Below are positions 50,173-60,416 of a stretch of DNA of 64,000 nt, piece by piece. Origin of the DNA: a virus (Duplodnaviria > Heunggongvirae > Uroviricota > Caudoviricetes). The DNA lies in the IMG/VR virus record IMGVR_UViG_3300013126_000009. The stretch is one strand, 5' to 3'. A program made the translations under genes and the position numbers. How positions within the stretch are numbered: the stretch's first letter is position 1; each line of letters starts with the position of its first letter. The notes beneath the pieces are model-generated. The model was not told the DNA's origin and did no database searches. It saw nothing but the letters and a program-made list of their open reading frames with translations.

Positions 50173-51429
50173 ATGGAAAAAAACAAAAAAACAATTGCAG
50201 ATGAAGCGCTAATGGACATTGAAGTCATTAAAGCAGCTTTAACAGAAAACGCAAAAGAAATACTTCGTTCTGTGACCAGAGAAGAAATTGATGATGTTAT
50301 TAAGGAATCTTTAAATGAAGAAGATTTCGAAGAAGAAGAGGTAGACGCTGAAATGTCTGATGAAATGCCTGACGATGAGGAAGGTGCTGAAGACATGGAG
50401 GATATCGATGCTGACTCTGAAGGTGAAGAAGATGAAGACGACATGGAAATCACTGACGTTGAAATCGAAGATGAGCCTGAGAGTGAAGAAGACTCAGAAG
50501 ATATGGGCGATATTGAAATGGATATCGATGATGTTGAAATGGGTGATGATAGCGAAGAAATCGATTTAACAGATGCTTCTGACGATATGGTAATTTCTGT
50601 TTACAAGGAATTATCAGGTGAGGATGAAATTGAAGTTGTTGGTGATGAGATTCACTTAAACGTTTCTGAACCAGGTGAGTATATCCTAAAACCAAAATCC
50701 GCTGGCATCGATATGGATGCTGATGTTGAAATGGATACCATAGCTATGGAAGAAGAGGAGATGGAAGAAGGGATGTACAACGAAGGTGAAGAAATGGATG
50801 AAGTTGTTTACGAAGTTTACATGGATGAAGAAGAAACTATGGAAGAATCTTACGAAATGGATGAAGAAGAAACAATGGAAGAAGGTGAAGAAGTTATGGA
50901 AGAAGAAGAAATGATTGATGAAAAAATCAGAGTAAACCATGTACAAGGTAAACAAGCTGGTAATGAACATCAACCAAAAGTTCTTGGAGCTAAAAACCTT
51001 AAAGAATCAAAGACTTCAGAATATGAAAAATTGTTGGCTGAAGCAAACAAACTTAAGAAAGAAAATGAATTGTTCAAGCAGAACCTTTCAACTTTCAGAA
51101 AGATGTTGGCTGAAACAGCAGTTTACAATTCAAACCTCACAAACGTAACAAGAATTTTCTTGGAGCATGCAACAACAAAATCTGAAAAGCAAGCAATTAT
51201 CAAGAGATTCGATGATGAAGTTAAGACAGTAAAAGAATCAAAAGCTCTTTATAAAAAGATTGTTGGTGAACTTGGTTCAAAACCATCTTTGACCGAGAGT
51301 GTAAGTAATGTTGATAAAAACATGACTTCAGGTTCTTCAAATCTTAATTCTCAAACTGCTTACGTAGATAATGAAACTTCTCGAATCAAAGAATTGATGG
51401 AGAGAGTTGAAGGTAGAAAGTTACTATAA
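50173..51429 (+). CDS. Prohead core/scaffold protein
   Basis: Very acidic plus coiled coil; lies between protease and MCP. Confidence 0.8.
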   Translation: MEKNKKTIADEALMDIEVIKAALTENAKEILRSVTREEIDDVIKESLNEEDFEEEEVDAEMSDEMPDDEEGAEDMEDIDADSEGEEDEDDMEITDVEIEDEPESEEDSEDMGDIEMDIDDVEMGDDSEEIDLTDASDDMVISVYKELSGEDEIEVVGDEIHLNVSEPGEYILKPKSAGIDMDADVEMDTIAMEEEEMEEGMYNEGEEMDEVVYEVYMDEEETMEESYEMDEEETMEEGEEVMEEEEMIDEKIRVNHVQGKQAGNEHQPKVLGAKNLKESKTSEYEKLLAEANKLKKENELFKQNLSTFRKMLAETAVYNSNLTNVTRIFLEHATTKSEKQAIIKRFDDEVKTVKESKALYKKIVGELGSKPSLTESVSNVDKNMTSGSSNLNSQTAYVDNETSRIKELMERVEGRKLL

Positions 51430-51477
51430 AAAATAATAAATAAAAAAATAACAACGACAATTAAAAATTAAAAAATT

Positions 51478-53280
51478 ATGTCACACTTATTAAACTCTGG
51501 TTCAGTTGGAAATATCGGACTTAACCACATGAAAGAAGTAAGGAAAAAAGTACAAGAAAAGTGGGATTCTACAGGCTTCCTTACTGGTCTTCAAGGACAC
51601 ATTAAAGAAAACGTTGCTCAGTTATTCGAAAACCAAGCTGGTAGCTTGTTGACCGAAAACACTGATGCTACTTCTTCAGGTTCTTTTGAAACAGTAGTAT
51701 TCCCAATCGTAAGAAGAGTATTCTCTAAACTTCTTGCAAATGATATCGTATCAGTACAAGCAATGAACTTGCCAATCGGTAAATTGTTCTTCTTTGTACC
51801 TGTTACATCTTCTAGAGTAGACGCATCTGGTGCTGCTGGTGACCCTTATGGTTCTGTACCATATAACGGTTCTTACTCAGCACATACTGGAATGACTCAA
51901 CTACCTGATTGTGTGGTGAATGGTGCTTCTTGCCCATCTACTAGCTTTTTAGCTAAAAACCTTTATGATTTATTCTACAACGATGGTTTGTTTGATAACT
52001 CAAAGGGTACCTTAACTATTAAGTCATTTACTGGTGCTACTCAAGTTACTAAAGTCGCTTTGGGCGCTAACGGTGAGTTTAGTGTAATCGCTCCAGCGGC
52101 TACTTTAGCAACAGCAACTGATGGTTCTGTACGTGAAGTTATTTTACGTGTATCAGGATTTAGCTCAACAAATAAAGGTCGTTTAACTGGTCCAGATGGT
52201 AATACTATGGATACTGAGTCTTTCTTGGCCTCATTAATGGTATTTAACGCTGGTTCAGCAATACTTGACGCTAATGGTGATGAAATTATCCCGAATTTGG
52301 GTAAAGTACCATTTAGGGTTGTAACTCAAAAATACGGAAAGGGTATTGTTGAATATGATGACATCTGTGACAGTGCTGGTCACATCTATTTAGGTGCTGA
52401 CCTTACTCATCCAGTTGATATCAATGCTGCTACGACAACTTTCGATGGTTACATCGGTATGTCAGCCACAACTGCTAGTGCAACAACATTTGCTGTAGCA
52501 TGGGCTGAGTACGCAAGCCTTGAGTTCGAAACTGAAATGGGTGAAGTTTCTTTCAGACTTGACGATGTTGTTGTGTCTGTAGAAGAAAGAAAATTGAGAG
52601 CTACTTGGTCTCCAGAATTGGCACAAGATGTTAGTGCATTCCACAACATCGATGCTGAAGCTGAATTGACAGCGTTGCTTTCTGAGCAAATTGCATCTGA
52701 AATTGACCGTGAAATCCTTAGAGATTTGAGAAGTCTTGGTGCATGGCAAATGAGATGGGACTATTACGGATGGAGAAAAGCGTCTAGCGCATCTAACGCT
52801 TACACCCAGAAGGATTGGAACCAAACTTTGATTACCAAAGTTAACCAAATCTCAGCTCAAATCCATAAGTCAACACTTAGAGGTGGTGCTAACTTCATCG
52901 TAGTATCTTCAGAGATTTCTGCAATCTTCGATGACCTTGAGTACTTCCACGTAAGTGATGCTTCTCCAGAGCAAGACCAATACAACATGGGTATTGAAAG
53001 AATCGGTTCATTGGGAGGACGTTATCAAGTATACCGTGACCCATATGCACCAGCATACTCAATGATTATCGGTCACAAAGGAAAGTCATTGTTGGATACA
53101 GGTTACATCTACGCACCATACGTGCCAATGCAACTTACCCCAACTATGTACAATCCATTCAACTTCGCTCCAGTGAAGGGAATTATGACACGGTATGCGA
53201 AGAAAAGCGTGAATAACCGCTTCTACGGACATGTTCGTGTAGATGGTGTTCCAACATTCAACGTAGCTGAATTGAGATAA
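51478..53280 (+). CDS. Major capsid protein (T4 gp23-like)
   Basis: LFENQ, VSVQAM, RKLRATWSPELAQD, YAPYVP, GIMTRY. Confidence 0.95.
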   Translation: MSHLLNSGSVGNIGLNHMKEVRKKVQEKWDSTGFLTGLQGHIKENVAQLFENQAGSLLTENTDATSSGSFETVVFPIVRRVFSKLLANDIVSVQAMNLPIGKLFFFVPVTSSRVDASGAAGDPYGSVPYNGSYSAHTGMTQLPDCVVNGASCPSTSFLAKNLYDLFYNDGLFDNSKGTLTIKSFTGATQVTKVALGANGEFSVIAPAATLATATDGSVREVILRVSGFSSTNKGRLTGPDGNTMDTESFLASLMVFNAGSAILDANGDEIIPNLGKVPFRVVTQKYGKGIVEYDDICDSAGHIYLGADLTHPVDINAATTTFDGYIGMSATTASATTFAVAWAEYASLEFETEMGEVSFRLDDVVVSVEERKLRATWSPELAQDVSAFHNIDAEAELTALLSEQIASEIDREILRDLRSLGAWQMRWDYYGWRKASSASNAYTQKDWNQTLITKVNQISAQIHKSTLRGGANFIVVSSEISAIFDDLEYFHVSDASPEQDQYNMGIERIGSLGGRYQVYRDPYAPAYSMIIGHKGKSLLDTGYIYAPYVPMQLTPTMYNPFNFAPVKGIMTRYAKKSVNNRFYGHVRVDGVPTFNVAELR

Positions 53281-53301
53281 TAAAACTCAAAATAATCAAT
53301 G

Positions 53302-53333
53302 AAAAGAGGGTCAAAATTGACCCTCTTTTTTTT
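53302..53333 (+). terminator. Intrinsic terminator after MCP
   Basis: aaaagagggtca-aaat-tgaccctctttttttt. Confidence 0.85.
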
Positions 53334-53422
53334 ATATGTACAGTAATTTGGTTTAAAAATAAATGGGTTAAAACTTGATTCACCTGATATTTATGTATAT
53401 ATTTGCATAAATAAATTAAAAG

Positions 53423-55144
53423 ATGGGTAAGAAAGTCATACTAAGCGATAAAGATATATCTGATATTATCAGACTATATAAAGATGATACAATTGGTGTT
53501 GAATCGTTGGCTAAGAAGTTTAATGTTGGTAAATTAAAGATAAAGTCAGTTTTAACGGAAAATAATATACCAATTAAAAAACGTGGCGCTCAAACAACCG
53601 TTGGTAACAGTTCAGAAATTGAAAAATCACATGTTATTATGTATGAAACAAATAATGTTGATAAAAAATTAGTTGCTATATGTAAAATAACTGATACAGT
53701 TTTTGAAGATGTGAATAATCGTTCAGGGGCATTAACCAATCATATTTTATCAACATATGGTGATGTTCCAATACCAACAAATACATATCAACGAAAAAAA
53801 TATGAAAGAGAGTATGGTAAAAAATGGTTTGAAGAGTATTTTGATATTAAAGAAATAGATAAACCTAAAACGAGAAAATGTAAGTTATGTGATTGGGAAA
53901 CCGTAGATATTGATAATAATTCTGGTAGTTTTGAACAGCATTTGGTCAATAATCATAATATTACATTATTAGAATATCTGGAGGGTTTTCCTGAAGACAT
54001 TAAATACCATTCAAAATATGATAAACTAAAACACAGATTAAACCCCAATAATCATATTATATGTAAGGTATGTGGTAAAAAAATGGGTTATTTAACAGCG
54101 ACACACTTATCTACACACAACTTGACTTTAACTGACTACAAGTTAAAATATCCTAAAAGTGACGTATTATCTAACGAATATAGGGATAATTTAAAAGAGC
54201 GTTATGATGAACATTTAAAACATTACGAACCAACTTACTCAACTAAGCCACAGGAGGAAATTTATGAATATATTAAAAGTTTAGGTTTTAAAGTTAAAAA
54301 GAATGATAAAACACTATTAAACGGTACCGAAATAGATATTTTAATGAAGGATAAGCTCATTGGTATCGAATACAATGGTTTATATTATCATAGAGAAGGT
54401 ATGGGTAAAGATAGAAACTATCATTTAACTAAAACTAAATTAATGGAAAGTTGTGGTTATAGTTTGATACATATATTTGAAGATGAATGGTTAAATAACA
54501 AAGATTTAATTCTTAACAAGATTTCACACTTACTGAATGTTAATAATATGAAGTCAATAGGTGCCAGAAAATGTAATATAAAACAAATAGACGCATATAT
54601 TAAATCAGATTTTTTAAATACCAATCATATTCAAGGTAATGATAACTCAAACATTTATTATGGTGCATATTATGACAATATATTAGTTGCTATTATGTCT
54701 TTTACAAATAAAAGGAGTATGAATGGTAAATCTGATAGTTATGGTGAATATGAATTATCTAGATTTGCAACGAATATTAACTATAGGGTCGTTGGTGTCG
54801 CTGGTAAGTTATTAAAACGATTTATCAAAGATTATCAACCCAATAATATAATAAGTTTTGGTGATAGGCGATGGGTGCTTAACGGTGAAGAAAATATGTA
54901 TACTAAATTAGGTTTTAAATTGACCAAGACTTATTCACCAGATTACAAATATTATAATCCTAAAATAGCCAAAAATAAACGTTTTCATAAATTTGGTTTT
55001 GGTAAATCGTCTTTAAGAAAGAAATATCCAGAGTTGGATTTCACAAAGACTGAGAAAGAGTTGATGACTGAATTGGGTTATGATAGAATTTGGGATTGTG
55101 GTTTATTCAAATATGAACTCATATTAAATGGTAACCAACAATAA
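53423..55144 (+). CDS. Hef-like free-standing homing endonuclease with C2H2 fingers and C-terminal GNAT/Mom-like region
   Basis: CKLC..H..H, CKVCG..HL..H, EIDI..IGIEYNGLYYH, IFEDEW, ELSRFA, RIWDCG. Confidence 0.7.
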   Translation: MGKKVILSDKDISDIIRLYKDDTIGVESLAKKFNVGKLKIKSVLTENNIPIKKRGAQTTVGNSSEIEKSHVIMYETNNVDKKLVAICKITDTVFEDVNNRSGALTNHILSTYGDVPIPTNTYQRKKYEREYGKKWFEEYFDIKEIDKPKTRKCKLCDWETVDIDNNSGSFEQHLVNNHNITLLEYLEGFPEDIKYHSKYDKLKHRLNPNNHIICKVCGKKMGYLTATHLSTHNLTLTDYKLKYPKSDVLSNEYRDNLKERYDEHLKHYEPTYSTKPQEEIYEYIKSLGFKVKKNDKTLLNGTEIDILMKDKLIGIEYNGLYYHREGMGKDRNYHLTKTKLMESCGYSLIHIFEDEWLNNKDLILNKISHLLNVNNMKSIGARKCNIKQIDAYIKSDFLNTNHIQGNDNSNIYYGAYYDNILVAIMSFTNKRSMNGKSDSYGEYELSRFATNINYRVVGVAGKLLKRFIKDYQPNNIISFGDRRWVLNGEENMYTKLGFKLTKTYSPDYKYYNPKIAKNKRFHKFGFGKSSLRKKYPELDFTKTEKELMTELGYDRIWDCGLFKYELILNGNQQ

Positions 55145-55559
55145 CGCCAATATTTAACAGAACACCTAATACAAATTGTATTGTTCTTGATATTGGTGTC
55201 ATGAATTTGGTTGTTTTGGCAACGCTTGAGGTGCTTTGGTCCCAAAATCGTTTATGATATATTGTTGGGTCAAGGTTATTTCGTGTCATGTACATAAAAC
55301 CATTGTGTATGAATGAGAAAGTTAGCGCACAACCAATTACACTTATAAGTGTTAGCCACCAACTCATACCAGTGAAAAATAGTAATAAACCACCCATTAG
55401 TAGGACAATAGCTCTTTGTATTGCGAATATTATATGTTCTTCAACGTCTGGAAACCAATCATAGAATCTGGAACCGATTTTAACATGCCAATATATTGCT
55501 TCTCTCCAACCTTCAAAAGCTGAATAAGCGATAAAGAATGTTAATAGTATTAAATTCAT
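55119..55559 (-). CDS. Multi-pass membrane protein
   Basis: Several hydrophobic helices. Confidence 0.65.
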   Translation of the reverse strand: MNLILLTFFIAYSAFEGWREAIYWHVKIGSRFYDWFPDVEEHIIFAIQRAIVLLMGGLLLFFTGMSWWLTLISVIGCALTFSFIHNGFMYMTRNNLDPTIYHKRFWDQSTSSVAKTTKFMTPISRTIQFVLGVLLNIGVIVGYHLI

Positions 55560-55895
55560 TTAATGAATTTTTAATTGCCATTTTCTGATGAATTTGACAA
55601 TTTTATTAAGTGTTGTGTTCTTCGGGTCTTCACCAACAATCATTATAAATGGGTTAAGTATTAAACCATTTGCGATATACCATAAACCAGCGATGATTGG
55701 GTAAGCTGCAATTGCGATACTTAACCAATATAAGACCTCATTAGCTGTGTAGCTAATTGACGGTAATTGTGATGTCATGAATAACGAACCAGCAATAACT
55801 GAAAGAGTCATTATTCTACCAACTCTGGTAAACATCCATTTAATTGGTCTTGGTGTTTTATCAAAAAACGCTTTTATTTTATCCCAATTTTTCAT
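55560..55895 (-). CDS. Membrane protein
   Basis: 2 TM; ATATTTAT at 55910-55917 (-). Confidence 0.65.
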   Translation of the reverse strand: MKNWDKIKAFFDKTPRPIKWMFTRVGRIMTLSVIAGSLFMTSQLPSISYTANEVLYWLSIAIAAYPIIAGLWYIANGLILNPFIMIVGEDPKNTTLNKIVKFIRKWQLKIH

Positions 55896-55935
55896 AATTA
55901 TGTTTTATTATAAATATCAGGTAAAAGGTTTAAAA

Positions 55936-56343
55936 TTAGATTATATAATATATCTGTTTACCATTTGAATGCTCATAATAGATTTCATTACCATTAATAT
56001 CGTATTTATGTTTAGCCCAATATCCATTTGAATGCTCAAAATAGATTAAGTTACCATTAGTATCATAATCACGTTTATCCCAATATCCTTTTGAATCCTC
56101 ATAATAGATTACATTACTATCGGAATCATAATCACGTTTTTCCCAAAATCCATTTGAATACTCACAATAGATTCTGTTACCATTAATATCGTATTCACGT
56201 TTTTCCCAATATCCATCTGAAGTCTCAAAATAGATTTCATTACCATTGGTATCATATTCACGTTTATACCAAAATCCAGTTGAAGTCTCACAATAGATTT
56301 CATTACCATTGGTATCAAATTCTTGTTTTATAATTTCACTCAT
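55936..56343 (-). CDS. 21-aa tandem-repeat (YD/DUF2963-like) protein
   Basis: About six copies of YDxNGNxIYxExSxGYWxKR; 63-bp DNA periodicity. Confidence 0.75.
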   Translation of the reverse strand: MSEIIKQEFDTNGNEIYCETSTGFWYKREYDTNGNEIYFETSDGYWEKREYDINGNRIYCEYSNGFWEKRDYDSDSNVIYYEDSKGYWDKRDYDTNGNLIYFEHSNGYWAKHKYDINGNEIYYEHSNGKQIYYII

Positions 56344-57043
56344 AGTATTACATAAAGTTCTTTGTTAAATAATAAATCATTAACATAAAAAGGTTCAGTC
56401 AAGTCATATTCAATGTATTTTGAGTGTTTAAATCTATGTGCAATTAAATTAGCTTTACGAGTAACCTCCAATTTATCCTCTTTGTATTCGTTAGATATTA
56501 CGATGATTTCGTTATTATCATCAACATATTCAAACGTTATGGTTTTTCTACAGAACGTGGTAGTTATATCACATTCAATTGGTAACCCACGACTATCATA
56601 TATTATAGTTATTGATATGTCAGACAATATAATATTAATAATATTATCTGAATATCTAATGTTAATCCAACCATTATCTACTGAAATGACTCTATTTTCA
56701 TCATCGGTTATAACCTTATGAGAAAGGCTTATTTGTAATTTAATGCTTGATAACGAAAATAAATTAATATTTTTGGCTATTAGGTATAGTGAATTTGGTA
56801 TCAAATTACCACATATATTCGTGGTATACATCGAAGTCAATGTATCATTAATCATTAATCGGTAGTGATTTTAGTTAATTTAACCTTCAATAGCTCTCTA
56901 GCTTCTGTTCTCGTTTTACCCAAAGCAAAGTCACCTTTATCTGAATCATTATTAAAATAGTGCCCAACAGATTCTACAGTCATAGCACACCAAAGTTTTG
57001 AGTATGTGTTGTAGTGGTATAGAAAATTGTAATCTTCTTTCAT
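56340..57043 (-). CDS. Two hypothetical genes (56340-56855, 56855-57043)
   Basis: Coupled ORFs behind host-type promoter 57075-57105 (-). Confidence 0.55.
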
Positions 57044-57083
57044 AATATGAATTTTAGTTAATAATTGTGAACCACAAATATAT

Positions 57084-57114
57084 AAAAAAATGGTGAGATT
57101 ACAAATCTCACCAT
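57084..57114 (-). terminator. Intrinsic terminator overlapping a promoter
   Basis: atggtgagatt-aca-aatctcaccat with an A run. Confidence 0.7.
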
Positions 57115-57121
57115 CGATTAA

Positions 57122-57901
57122 TCACATTTTGGTTCCACAACTTGGGCAGAATTTAAAGTTTGGTTTAACTTTTTTCCCACATTCGTGGCAATAAGTCCTA
57201 GTTTTTAATTCAAAAACTGTTGTTGGTTTCGTTGATTCTGGCATGACTTTGAATTCAATATTCAAGAATGGGTAGGTATTGAATTCTTTATCAACAGTTT
57301 CAAATTGTTGTTCAGAGGTTGAACCCATCTCAACTCTACCAGTTTCCATCGATTTTGATGCCTTAACTGGTTCAGGATTTATCGCTGCGGAATAAAATAT
57401 TGTTTCTGATTGTGAATTATAGATTGTGTAATCAGTATTTGGTGTGCCATATATTGGTTGATTCCATTCATTATATATTCGATATGTGGATATTGGTTTT
57501 ACCCAAGTTATGTTAATTGGTATAAATTCATGATAGAATGATACTTTAATATTACCATTATTAGCAATAGCTTTCTTAACCTCTTCAGTGTTATTAACAT
57601 CATAGGTTTCAAATTTAAACTTTTTTGCTATATCAATATATCTATCAAGAAAGACTCTTTGACCTGGATTTAATATCAAACCACTTTGACTTATCAACTT
57701 ACCGTTAATTTCAATTTTAGCCAATATAGGTTCTGTTTTTGGATTAAACAATTCAATTTGAAACTCAGTACCGTCTTTAAGGTAATAAGTTGGTTGTTTT
57801 GAGTTTTGATTATAGACTTTAAGTCTGTTTTTGTTGATGGCCAGATTAGCCGTTGGTTCTGGGAATGGAGAATTCCCATTAGTGAAAATAGATTGTTTCA
57901 T
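57122..57901 (-). CDS. Zinc-ribbon domain protein
   Basis: C-terminal CHECG...FCPSCG. Confidence 0.75.
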   Translation of the reverse strand: MKQSIFTNGNSPFPEPTANLAINKNRLKVYNQNSKQPTYYLKDGTEFQIELFNPKTEPILAKIEINGKLISQSGLILNPGQRVFLDRYIDIAKKFKFETYDVNNTEEVKKAIANNGNIKVSFYHEFIPINITWVKPISTYRIYNEWNQPIYGTPNTDYTIYNSQSETIFYSAAINPEPVKASKSMETGRVEMGSTSEQQFETVDKEFNTYPFLNIEFKVMPESTKPTTVFELKTRTYCHECGKKVKPNFKFCPSCGTKM

Positions 57902-57938
57902 ACTAATTAAATTTATAATAATTATTATTTTTCATTAC

Positions 57939-58003
57939 TATTCCAACTTAATCATTACCTTTAAGATAATTCAAACGCCCACAACTGACGCAAAGCTGAA
58001 ATA
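57939..58003 (-). ncRNA. Candidate structured 5'-UTR (three-way junction)
   Basis: 11-bp closing stem enclosing two hairpins. Confidence 0.45.
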
Positions 58004-58043
58004 ACTTTAACTATTATTAAATATAATCAATTACGTTTTTTTG

Positions 58044-58334
58044 TCAAGAGAAATCTAAATTACCATTACAAATTGTAACGGTTGAACAACGATATTCGTT
58101 ATCTATTCCGCTTAAATAATATATATCGCCACTGTAACATTCATTATTATAATGGTATGGTTTGAAACCTGTGAATTTGGTATCAAAATCAATATATTTG
58201 CCCAATAATTGACTAAGTGTATCAGTAGCGTCTGAACAATTTTCGAATAATAAATTATCCAAATTATTATTTATTAGTTTTTCAATTTCCCTTCCTCTTT
58301 CAGTTGTAATCATGTCATAACGTTTTAATTTCAT
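58044..58334 (-). CDS. Hypothetical protein
   Basis: Overlaps the upstream gene end. Confidence 0.5.
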   Translation of the reverse strand: MKLKRYDMITTERGREIEKLINNNLDNLLFENCSDATDTLSQLLGKYIDFDTKFTGFKPYHYNNECYSGDIYYLSGIDNEYRCSTVTICNGNLDFS

Positions 58335-58998
58335 CTAGCAATTCAAAAACCCATTCTGGTGGTTCTTCATTTGGATTATTTTTATTCATTGGAGAATCTT
58401 TGACCCACTCAGCCACATCACCAAGAATATTAAAGTCATACTTATCATAGTAACCATTATTTGTTATTATGTCAAGCCATTTATTCCAAGTTGGTTTATA
58501 ACCCATATTGACCAAATCAATAATAAACCCTTTAATAATTGGGTCATTAATATTTTCCAGTTCCGATTTGTCAATGTGTTTTGATTGTGATTTTTTATAA
58601 TCTGAATAATTAAAATTGAATAGTTTATCCAATTCTTGTCTCATTTTTGCGCCTGATTGTGTTAAAGATGTTCGTTCAAGATTTTCATAACCGTATTTCT
58701 TTGCCAAATAAATCATTAATATTTTCCCATAACCTTTACCACCTTCAAGTGCTTCAATCAGTGATATTGTAATTTCGTCATTATAGTCAACATAATCAAC
58801 CTTAGCCAATGGTTTATTGGTTTCTTTATCATACATTATTGCCGTATAATTATCTTGGCCATCGATATGTCCAGTATGTTCATCAGTGAATTTATAGTCA
58901 TTTAGTATTGCAAAAGGTTTACCTTTCTTAACTTTTGACCAATCCTCTTGATATAGTTTATGGAGTTCTTCGTTTAATATTTTTCTTACTCTACTCAT
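58315..58998 (-). CDS. GNAT-like protein with KILNEEL leader
   Basis: ISLIEALEGGKGYGKILM acetyl-CoA-binding-like motif. Confidence 0.55.
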   Translation of the reverse strand: MSRVRKILNEELHKLYQEDWSKVKKGKPFAILNDYKFTDEHTGHIDGQDNYTAIMYDKETNKPLAKVDYVDYNDEITISLIEALEGGKGYGKILMIYLAKKYGYENLERTSLTQSGAKMRQELDKLFNFNYSDYKKSQSKHIDKSELENINDPIIKGFIIDLVNMGYKPTWNKWLDIITNNGYYDKYDFNILGDVAEWVKDSPMNKNNPNEEPPEWVFELLDEIKTL

Positions 58999-60416
58999 TA
59001 CTGACCATATCTTAATTCTGATTGACTTACAATGTCAAAAAATAACACCTCATTTAAAGTAGTAACCTCTAAATTACTTGTTACCTTTATATCGACATAG
59101 TATGTATTAGGTATCATACTGGCAGTATCTAATAAAAAGTAATTATGGTTATTAGCCAATTCAATTGGTTGATAGTCAATTATTGTCAGGTCATTTCTAC
59201 CTTCTTTAACATATACTCTATATTCAGCGCTGTCAATTCTTTGTTCTTGATTAACGGTGTATGGTATTTTAGTTTTAAGTATTACTTTTCTAATATCACC
59301 ACGTTTGATTCTTTCACCTCTTTGTATTCCAGATGCCACGACACCTACTTTCTTTGGTAATGAATCGTTATCACCAATGTTGTACCAACCCATTGAGTCT
59401 TTCAATGCAAAATCTAATGTGACGTTAGGTCTATTGATACCATTTATTGTTATACCAGACCATACATCGGTAAACATGAAATCTTCAGTATAATCATTTG
59501 TCGTTGGTACGTTTATGTCAATTTTATAAACGCCCTTTGTTACATGTGTAACGTCACTTGGTGTATATGCTGAGAATACGTCACCATTATAATCATAAAC
59601 GGTTACCGCTGGTATTGAATCCAAGTTTGTTGGCGTACCACCCAAATTAACATATAGATATAACTCATTGTCTTTATCTAGATAGAAATCGTGTCTATCA
59701 TCATTTATATGGTCAGCATACGTTGTTTCAACAAATGGTTCATAAATACTTTGTGTGTGTCTGGTAAAGAAACCGACATATTGATATTCAACAGTACGTA
59801 AATTTTCATACTCTTGTTGATACGCTAATACTAGACCATTATTTGTATTACCAGTTAATAGACCATTAACATAATCGGTAATATCCATTTCAAGGTTTTC
59901 ATTACCTAATTCAAAATGTTGTGAAGCTATTGTGATGCCACTGGTAGCTCCAGTTACAACACCTGATTCTGTCCACGCTGATAGTGTTGTTGCTTGAAAC
60001 CAGTTGGATGGGCTTGCAGCCAATGCTGATTGACCCAATACGTAAGTACAATTAGCATAATCATAGCCAACACCTTCATCCCAATATTGGTTTATTGGAA
60101 ATAATATTAAATCAAATGAAGATGAACGCTTTTTACCATCACACGTATCCTTGCCCAATAATTCTTTATCTAATGACCCAGTATTGGTCATTTTAAGCGT
60201 ATGTGTCATCTTAGTTATATCTGGATAGGTTCCACCAGTATAAAACGATTTAAGGCGCTCTACGTCAAAATAAAACAGGTATCTGCTATATGTTTGCGTC
60301 AATGTACTACCAGTTCCACCACCATAATATAATTCGGTTACTGGGTTTCTGGATGTATTGGTGTATTCATCCAGTATTATTGTATTGTCTTTGTCAAAGA
60401 AAGTTCTAATTACCAT
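58998..60416 (-). CDS. Putative virion structural protein
   Basis: SRYLFYFD, WDEGVGYDY, MDITDYV; late-type motif at 60433-60440 (-). Confidence 0.65.
   Translation of the reverse strand: MVIRTFFDKDNTIILDEYTNTSRNPVTELYYGGGTGSTLTQTYSRYLFYFDVERLKSFYTGGTYPDITKMTHTLKMTNTGSLDKELLGKDTCDGKKRSSSFDLILFPINQYWDEGVGYDYANCTYVLGQSALAASPSNWFQATTLSAWTESGVVTGATSGITIASQHFELGNENLEMDITDYVNGLLTGNTNNGLVLAYQQEYENLRTVEYQYVGFFTRHTQSIYEPFVETTYADHINDDRHDFYLDKDNELYLYVNLGGTPTNLDSIPAVTVYDYNGDVFSAYTPSDVTHVTKGVYKIDINVPTTNDYTEDFMFTDVWSGITINGINRPNVTLDFALKDSMGWYNIGDNDSLPKKVGVVASGIQRGERIKRGDIRKVILKTKIPYTVNQEQRIDSAEYRVYVKEGRNDLTIIDYQPIELANNHNYFLLDTASMIPNTYYVDIKVTSNLEVTTLNEVLFFDIVSQSELRYGQ

Noticed and set aside
55119-55895. Holin assignment for the late membrane proteins
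   Set aside because: Only TM helices support it; no adjacent endolysin or family motif
57985-57998. GACGCAAAGC resembling part of a c-di-GMP-I riboswitch
   Set aside because: On the strand opposite the downstream gene, and the other conserved elements are missing
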